This document shows, one piece after another, positions 56,825-64,000 of a DNA stretch of 64,000 bases. Positions within the stretch are counted from its first letter, which is position 1; the number at the start of each line of letters is the position of its first letter. This DNA comes from an uncultured Thermoleophilaceae bacterium (GTDB lineage: Bacteria; Actinomycetota; Thermoleophilia; Solirubrobacterales; Thermoleophilaceae): positions 1 through 64,000 of the forward strand of contig CAVSNA010000003.1 in NCBI GenBank assembly GCA_963729205.1. The letters run 5' to 3'. Under the pieces are notes generated by a model that saw nothing but the letters and a program-made list of their open reading frames with translations, ran no database searches and was not told where the DNA came from. Made by a program: the position numbers and the translations under genes.

Positions 56825-57689
56825 TTGCCCGTGAGCCGTGCAGGCACAAGCGCGCTGACCCTGTCCGCCGAGATCCGTCAGCGCTTCGACGAGTTCTCGC
56901 GCTCGCAGAAGGACGTCGGCCAGTACATCGTCGACCACCTCGACGAGGCCGCCTTCCAGACTGCCGAGGAGCTGGCGCGCCGGGCGATCCACCTCGAGCT
57001 CGACCGTCGTGCGCTTCGCCCAGGCGCTCGGATTCGAGGGCTTCCCCGAGCTCCAGGCCGCCGCGCGCGACGAGTACCGGCGCGTGCGCGAGTCGGCGCC
57101 GTCGAACGGCGGCTCGGACATGCTCGCGCCGCCGCTGTTCCCGATCGACCAGACCGAGTTCGAGGCGTCGCTCGCCGCCGACCACACGAACCTCGAGGAC
57201 ACCGCGCGCAAGATCGACCGCGACGAGGTGGCCGCCGCGGTCGAGCTGATCTCGCGCGCGGAGCGGATCGTGCTCTGCGGCACCGACCAGATGGCCTTCT
57301 TCGCCAGCTACCTGCGCCACCTGCTGATGCTGCTCGACCTCCGCTGCGAGGTCGTCGCCAGCCCCAGCCAGGAGGGCCTGGCGCGGCTCGGCCGCATCGA
57401 CGAGAGCACGCTGGTGATCGGCTTCTCGGCCGGGCGCCCGCACCCGCTCGTCGTGCGCGCGATGAAGCTCGCCCGCCACCGCAAGGCCGTCGACGATCGC
57501 GATCGCGGACGCCACGCTCTCCGAGGTCGCAAAGCTGGCCGGCCAGCGCTCTACTACTCGTCGAACGGCCCGGCCTACGTGCGCTCGCACACGGCGCTCC
57601 TCAGCCTGATCCAGGCGCTGGCGTACGGCGTGTACGCCCTGGACGAGTCGGCCTACGCCGACCGCATCAAAGCCTTCCGGCTCAAGTAG
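56825..57689 (+). pseudogene. RpiR/MurR-family transcriptional regulator (HTH_6 + SIS domain), with three or more frameshifts
   Basis: VGQYIVDHLDEAAFQTAEELA, VVRFAQALGFEGFPEL (HTH), SIS-domain blocks IVLCGTDQMAFFASYL. Confidence 0.55.
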
Positions 57690-58186
57690 CCGGACGAGGT
57701 CGGGCGCGAGGCCGTCGGAAAGGAAGGGCCGACGGCCACTGGCCCGACCCTCCGCGCTCAGCTTTCGCTGGCGTGAGGCGCGGCTCGCCGTCGTGTCGGC
57801 GGTCGCCTACGGGGCGCTGATGGTCGGCGGTGCTGCCCGGCACCTGGCCGCTGATGCCGTTCCCGCAGACGCGGCCCGGTGGTCCTGGCCCCGTGCTCAG
57901 CCTCCCGTTCGGGCTGCTGCTGCGCCGCCGCTGGGCGGCGCTCCTGCCGCTGACGCTGCTCGTCGCACTCGACCCGCCGCAGAGCCGGCTTCGCGGGCTC
58001 GGTGGTGGCGCTCGTGATCATCGGGCCCTTCGCGGCGGCGAGCATCTGCGTCGGCGTGGCGTGCTCGCGCTGGCTCCAGCGCCGGGCGCTGCGCCGGATG
58101 CTGTCGCGCGCTGCTCCACCGCGGCGCACGGCCCAGGCCGCTCGTTAGCCAGGCGGGCCCTTCCCCGCCGCAGCCGGGTGGATAAT

Positions 58187-59087
58187 ATGGGCCCCGTGAC
58201 CGATCAAGCGACATTCCGCGTCAAGTCCGGCCTCGCCGAGATGCTCAAGGGCGGCGTGATCATGGACGTGGTCACCGCCCGAGCACGCGGCCATCGCCGA
58301 GGCGGCGGGCGCCGCCGCCGTGATGGCGCTCGAGCGCGTGCCGGCCGACATCCGCGCGCACGGCGGCGTGGCGCGCATGTCCGATCCCTCGATGATCGAG
58401 GGCATCCAGGCCGCGGTCAGCGATCCCGGTGATGGCGAAGGCGCGCATCGGCCACTTCGTCGAGGCGCAGGTGCTCGAGGCGCTCGAGATCGACTACATC
58501 GACGAGTCCGAGGTCCTGACGCCCGCCGACGAGGCCAACCACATCGACAAGTGGAAGTTCAAGGCGCCCGTTCGTCTGCGGCGCCACGAACCTGGGCGAG
58601 GCGCTGCGGCGGATCGCCGAGGGCGCCGCGATGATCCGCACCAAGGGCGAGGCCGGCACCGGCAACGTCGTCGAGGCGGTGCGCCACATGCGCGCGATCC
58701 AGGGCGAGATCCGCCGGCTCAGCTCGCTCGACGAGGCCGAGCTGCCCACCGCCGCCAAGGAGCTTCAGGCGCCGATCGAGCTCGTCCGCGATGGTCGCCG
58801 AGAAGGGCAGCCTGCCGGTCGTGAACTTCTCGGCCGGCGGCATCGCCACCCCGGCGGACGCCGCGCTGATGATGCAGCTCGGCGCCGAGGGCGTGTTCGT
58901 CGGCTCGGGCATCTTCAAGTCCGAGGACCCGGAGCGCACGGCCGCGGCGATCGTCGAGGCGACCACGCACTTCGACGACCCCGAGCGCCTGGCCGCCGCC
59001 TCGCGCGACCTCGGGGCAGCCGATGGCCGGGCATCGAGATCTCGCGAGCTCGGCGAGTCGGGCCTGCTCCAGCACCGCGGCTGGTAG
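58187..59087 (+). pseudogene. pdxS: Pyridoxal 5'-phosphate synthase lyase subunit PdxS, with five or more frameshifts
   Basis: [117 protein letters not shown]. Confidence 0.7.
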
Positions 59088-59091
59088 CTCG

Positions 59092-59667
59092 GTGGTCGTA
59101 GGCGTGCTCGCCCTTCAGGGCGACTTCGAGGCCCACGCGGGCATGCTCGATCGGCTCGGCGCCGAGGCGCGCGAAGTGCGCGCGCCGGCCGACCTCGACG
59201 GGCTCGACGGGCTCGTGCATCCCCGGCGGCGAGTCGACCACGATGACGCTCGGCATCGAGCGCGAGGGCCTCGCCGAGCCGCTGCGCGAGCTCGTGCGCG
59301 CGCGGCACGCCCGATCCTCGGCACCTGCGCCGGGCTGATCATGCTCGACCGCGACCACCTCGACCTGCTCGACGTGCTCGCCCGCCGCAACGCCTTCGGC
59401 CGCCAGGTGCACAGCTTCGAGGCCGACGTCGACGTGGACGGCCTCGAGGGCGGCCCGCTGCGCGCGGTCTTCATCCGCGCGCCGTGGGTCGAGGAGCACG
59501 GAGCGGACGTCGAGGTGCTGGCCGAGATCGACGGCCACCCGGTGGCGGTCCGCCAGGGCAACATCCTCGCGGTGGCGTTCCATCCCGAGCTCACCGACGA
59601 CGGCCGCATCCACGCCTGGCTGGTGGAGCGGATCCGGGAGACCTCGACCGAGAGGCAGCACGCATGA
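59092..59667 (+). pseudogene. pdxT: Pyridoxal 5'-phosphate synthase glutaminase subunit PdxT, with two or more frameshifts
   Basis: [24 protein letters not shown] (catalytic Cys), LAVAFHPELTDD. Its stop overlaps the next ATG (ATGA). Confidence 0.6.
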
Positions 59668-60776
59668 AGGACCAGCGCGCCGACAGCGCTCGCCCAGATC
59701 CTCGTCCACTACTCCACGAAGGTGCAGAAGGGCGAGATCTGCGTGATCCAGTCCACGACCACCGCCGAGCCGCTGGTGCAGGCGGTCTACGAGGAGGTGC
59801 TGAAGGCCGGCGGCCTGCCGATCGTGCAGCTCACCCCCGAGGGCGCCGCCGCGGCGTTCTACGAGCTGGCCAGCGACGAGCAGCTCGAGTGGGTCGCGCC
59901 CACCGCCGCACTGGGCGGTCGAGGAGGCCGACGTCCGCATCGCCGATCCTGGCCGACGCGAACACGCGCGGCGCTCTCGCAGGTCGACCCGGCGAAGCAG
60001 GCGCAGACGCCAGCAGGCGCGCAAGCCGCTGATGGAGACCTCGATGCGCCGCAGCGCCGAGGGCGACTACCGCTGGGCGCTGACCCTCTTCCCGACCCAC
60101 GCCTACGCCAGCGAGGCGGGCATGTCGCTGTCCGCCTACGAGGACTTCTACTACGACGCCTGCCTGGCGACCGACCCCGAGCCGCTCACCGCCTGGCAGC
60201 GCCAGTCCGACCTGGTGCGCAAGCTCGCCGACTGGATCGAGGGCAAGGAGGAGGTCCACATCCAGGCGCCCGGCACCGACATCAAGCTGGGCGTCGCCGG
60301 CCGCACCTGGATCCCCTGCGTCGGCGACCGCAACATGCCCGACGGCGAGTTCTTCACCGGTCCGGTCGAGGACTCGGTGGAGGGCGAGGTCAGCTTCTCG
60401 TTCCCGGCCGTCTACGGCGGCCGCGAGGTGTCGGGCGTGCAGCTGCGCTTCGAGGACGGCAAGGTCGTGGACGCCTCGGCGGAGCGCGGCGAGGACTACC
60501 TGATCGAGATGCTCGACTCCGACGACGGCGCCCGCCGCCTCGGCGAGCTCGGCATCGGCACCAACTACGGGATCACCACCGCCACCAAGGAGATCCTGCT
60601 CGACGAGAAGATCGGCGGCAGCGTGCACATGGCGATCGGCATGAGCTACCCGGAGACGGGCGGCCAGAACAGCTCCGCGGTCCACTGGGACATGGTGTGC
60701 GACCTGCGCGCAGGGCGGGACGATCACGGTCGACGGGGAGGTGCTGCAGGAGAACGGGCAGTTCGTCGTCAGGTAG
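59664..60776 (+). pseudogene. M29-family (AmpS/PepS-like) aminopeptidase, with three or more frameshifts
   Basis: GEICVIQSTTTAEPLVQAVYEE, AIGMSYPETGGQNSSAVHWDMVCDLR. Confidence 0.55.
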
Positions 60777-60814
60777 GCGCTCAGCGCCGCCGCTGGTGCG
60801 CCGACGCGGTTCGG

Positions 60815-60935
60815 CGGCAATAACGGCAGCCCGAGGCCGTCTCGGCGATCGATTGAACGATTTGGGGTGCTATAGCACCCCAAACCGTTCAATCATCGAC
60901 CGACCCCGCTTCGGGCCGCCCTCATTGCCAGCGGT
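60815..60935. repeat. Palindromic element of about 120 bp, copy B (core GATTGAACGATTTGGGGTGCTATAGCACCCCAAACCGTTCAATC)
   Basis: About 80% identical to copy A at 31061-31190, including the outer inverted arms GCAATAACGGCAGCCCG / CGGGCCGCCCTCATTGC. It lies between convergent gene ends. Confidence 0.6.
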
Positions 60936-60971
60936 AGACGCAGATGCCTGATCGGCGCCCGGGGCCAACCG

Positions 60972-63933
60972 CTACCGCAGGCTGAAGCTCGTGACGTTCC
61001 GCCCGCTCCGGAAGGCCTCCGCCAGCCCCGTGTCGTCAATCGCCTGCGACCGCACCGTGTAGGTGCCCCGCGGCAGCAGGTGGGGGATTCGCAGCGTCCA
61101 GCGCAGGCCGTCGGTCACCCGGGCGTTCAGGTACTGCGGCTGGGAGCAGCGCTTCTTCACGAGGTGGGCTCCGCGCGTGAGCCAGACGCACCTGCCGTGG
61201 CCGACGCTGCGCGAGACCGCCACGCGCACCTGCACCACCCTGCCGTTGTCCTCGCTCGTCCCGGCCACGAGGTGCACCTTGCGGCGCAGGTTCGTGCCGA
61301 ACGGCTCGCCGATCAGCGACGTGGGGGGTAGGTCGAGGCCCGCGCTGACCTCGGCGAGCGCGCCCGTGGCCAGGTCGCGGCGGTAGATCCGGCCCTGGGA
61401 GGTCGGCGTCTCGCCCGCGACCACGTTCGCGGCGCGCGAGGAGAAGGCCACGAAGTGGCCGTCGGCGCTCACCGCCCCCTGGGTGCTCGGGCCGGCCAGG
61501 CCCGTGCCGTCGGGGTGGGCGGAGACCATGACCGTCGCCGCGGTGGCGACCGTGCGGGCGAAGACGTCGGCCGTGCCGTTCGAGTCGCCCAGCACCAGGT
61601 TCGAGGCGTTCGACGTGAACACCGCCAGCGAGCCGTCGGCGGAGATCGAGTCCGCGGTCGAGTCGCCGTTCGCGCCCGAGCCGTCCTTGCCCTGGCTGAC
61701 GAGCGTGACCTCGCCGGTGGCCATGTCCTTGCGGAAGACGTCGATCGTGCGGCCGTTCAGGTTGCCGCCGGGGAGGTCGGTGGCGTCCGAGTCGAACAGC
61801 ACGTAGCGGCCGTCCGCCGAGATCTTCGGGTTCTGGCCGTTGCCGTCCGAGCTGGTGGCGCCCGCGGGCACGTCGACGAGCGCGATCTCGCCACTGATCA
61901 TGTCCTTGCGGTAGATGCCGGCGCGGTCGCCGTCGCCCGGCACCAGCCCGCCGGCGTCGCTCGTGAACGCCACGTAGCGGCCGTCGGCGCTGATCGAGGG
62001 CTGGCCGGAGCTGCCCACGGTGTTCACCGAGTCGCTGATAGGGGTGGACACGCGCTGGAGCGTGCCGCTCGGGATGTCGCACCAGTAGACGTCGGGCTGC
62101 AGGTCCCGGTCGCGCCCGGCGAGCGTGTCGGCCCGCGACTCGAAGGCCACGTGCTGCCCGTCCGCGCTGATCACCGGGTTGCCGGCGTCGCCGTCGCCCG
62201 CCCGGCAGGCGCGCTGGTTCTGGCCGCTGAAGAGGTCGCGGCGGAAGATCGTGTAGGCCGGCACGCCGCCGGTGAGGTCGCGGAGTGTTGCTGGTGAAGA
62301 CGGCGTAGCGACCATCCGCGCTGAGATCGCCCGCCGGCCCGCGGCGGAAGCGGCCACCGCGACTGGCCGAGGCCCCTGAGCGCTTCGCGTCGGCCAGCAT
62401 GTTCTTCCCGGTGGCCATGTCGCGCACGAACGGATCGGTACGGGCGCCGTTCGAGTCGGCAGCCACGAGGTTGTCGGCGTCCGAGGAGTAGCCCGACGAA
62501 GCGCCCATCGCCGCTGATCGACGGCGCGCTGGCGCCCCCGTCCGGAGGAGACGGGGAGAGCCGGTTCGGCAACGGATCCCCCGCCCGGCGTGGCTCGGGC
62601 CTGTGGACTGTGGACCGTGGACTGTGGACTGCGGCCGCCTTGGCGGCCGCAGCCCGGCACCACATTCGGCACCCCAGGCGGCCAGACCTCGGACGACGGG
62701 TGGTAGAAGTGGCCGAAGTCGGCCTCGTGGAACTGCGAGGTGAAGACCTCGCAGTTGCGGTAGACGCCGCGCCGCGCCGGGTTGATCGCGACCACGTCGA
62801 AGCCGCGGCCGCAGTCCACGTAGGCGCGGCCGTTCGGGTCGGTGGTGTCCCCGCCCAGCAGGTTGATCACGTCGTTGCCGGTGCCGGCCAGGATGCGATC
62901 GCCGTCGTAGGCGCCCTGGATCAGGTCGTCGCCCGGGCCCGCCCACCAGCAGGTCCGCGCCCGAGCCCCCGGCCAGCTCGTCGTTCCCGGGCGGCCCGGC
63001 GCTGGGCGAGCGGGCATCGCCGTAGAGCTTGTCGTTGCCGGAGCGGCCCGCCAGGCGGTCGTTGCCCGAGCCGCCCATCAGCAGGTCGTTGCCCGGTGTG
63101 GCGCCGTCGCCCTCGAGCTCGTCCTGGCCGCCGCCGCCGAACAGGCGGTCGTTGCCGCCCTTGCCCTCGATGAAGTCGTTGCCCGAGCCGCCCGCCAGCG
63201 TGTCGTTCCCGTTGTGGCCGAGGATCTGGCGCATCGGGAAGGCCGCCGTGGGGTCCACGTTCACGATGTGCTCGCAGCCCGCCGACTCGGGTATCGAGGC
63301 GTCCGCCCGGCCGGTGGAGAGGCCGTCGCTCGAGGAGTGGCGGACGCGGTAGACCGTGTCGTTGCCGGGCCCGCAGTCGAAGGTGTCGCGATTCGGGCCG
63401 CCGTAGAGCGTGTCGTCGCCCGGGCCGCCGTAGAGGTGGTCGCTGCCCGAGCCTCCGATCAGCACGTCGTTGCCGGTGCCGCCGAAGATGTAGTCGCCGC
63501 CGCGGCCGCCGGCCACGATGTCGTTGCCGGGGCCGCCGTAGAGGTGCTCGTTCACGCCGAAGCGGCGCTCGCGGATCGTGTCGTCGCCAAGCCCACCGAG
63601 GATCGTGTCGTTGTCGTCGCCGCCGTCCAGGTAGTCGGCGCCGCGCTCGCCGTAGATCTCGTCGTTGCCCGGTCCGCCCTGGATCACGTCGCCGTAGGCG
63701 GAGCCCTCCACCGTGTCGTGGCCGTTCTCGCCGAAGAACGTGACCGCGAGCGGCTCGCCGGAGAAGACCGCGTCGTCGCCCTCGTCGGTGCCGCAGGTGG
63801 GCCCTCCGGGCGTGCTCGGGACGTCGACGGAGAACTCGACTCCGCACGCCGAGTGGTAGCTCGTCGCAGCCGCCGAAAAGGCGGGAAAGGCCGCCACGAG
63901 GGCGGCGACGATTATCGCCGGCAGAAGCCGCAT
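60972..63933 (-). pseudogene. Large secreted protein: Sec signal peptide, N-terminal RTX-type calcium-binding nonapeptide repeats, central PD40/TolB-like beta-propeller repeats, C-terminal beta-sandwich domain. Several frameshifts.
   Basis: MRLLPAIIVAALVAAFPAFSAAATS is the signal peptide. GGPGNDEIYGERGADYLDGGDDNDTILGGLGDDTI... are GGxGxDxL repeats. ISADGRYVAFTSDA, ISADGRYVLFDSDA and VSADGHFVAFSS are PD40 repeats. Confidence 0.6.
62601..62634. repeat. Tandem heptanucleotide repeat (TGTGGAC x4-5, imperfect) inside the RTX/PD40 gene
   Basis: CTGTGGACTGTGGACCGTGGACTGTGGACTGCGG. The unit length is not a multiple of 3, so copy-number change would shift the frame. Confidence 0.55.
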
Positions 63934-64000
63934 CGGTCCCGAAACCCACTACTCGGCCCGTTGCTGCGCTCCTCCCCTCGTAAGATGGAATTGCATGGCT

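Noticed and set aside
57793-58017. 74-aa ORF upstream of pdxS
   Set aside because: It is Ala/Arg-rich with no motif. The region is more likely the untranslated leader between the RpiR gene and pdxS.
62601-62634. Tandem heptamer repeat considered as a CRISPR or other array
   Set aside because: The units are 7 nt and directly abutting with no spacers. It lies inside a coding region, not an array.

Overview
Coding-dense chromosomal DNA of about 71% GC, from an unidentified high-GC bacterium, with no rRNA, tRNA, CRISPR array, transposase or integrase. About 60 protein-coding genes are present, mostly accessory metabolism, transport and regulation. At the left edge sits a partial formate-dehydrogenase-like Fe-S subunit followed by an NrfD-type membrane subunit. 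Single genes include an AI-2E transporter, a thioredoxin-reductase-like flavoprotein with an extra N-terminal domain, DapA-family and ureohydrolase genes, and many small hydrolases, oxidoreductases and regulators (AraC, GntR, HxlR, RpiR, BlaI/BlaR1). A five-gene branched-chain amino-acid-type ABC importer lies at 22886-27849. Signalling and secreted proteins include HD-GYP and GGDEF c-di-GMP proteins and secreted GH5 and GH92 glycosidases. pdxS/pdxT are followed by an M29 aminopeptidase, and the right edge holds a roughly 3-kb secreted protein with RTX calcium-binding repeats and PD40 beta-propeller repeats. Roughly 60% of the genes are interrupted by one to six frameshifts each, while their amino-acid conservation is otherwise intact. 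This looks like indel errors from sequencing rather than biology, although real pseudogene formation cannot be excluded from sequence alone. The most interesting locus is a GntR-linked cluster at about 28.1-35.2 kb. It holds an amidohydrolase, a small SoxG/GcvT-like protein, two homocysteine S-methyltransferase-domain paralogues (one fused in frame to a PrmA-like SAM methyltransferase domain) and a divergent Zn-alcohol dehydrogenase. A recurring GT-N-AC-type palindrome (CTGTATACAG and variants) sits in the promoter regions of this cluster. A roughly 120-bp palindromic element occurs twice (near 31.1 kb and 60.9 kb), each time between convergent gene ends.
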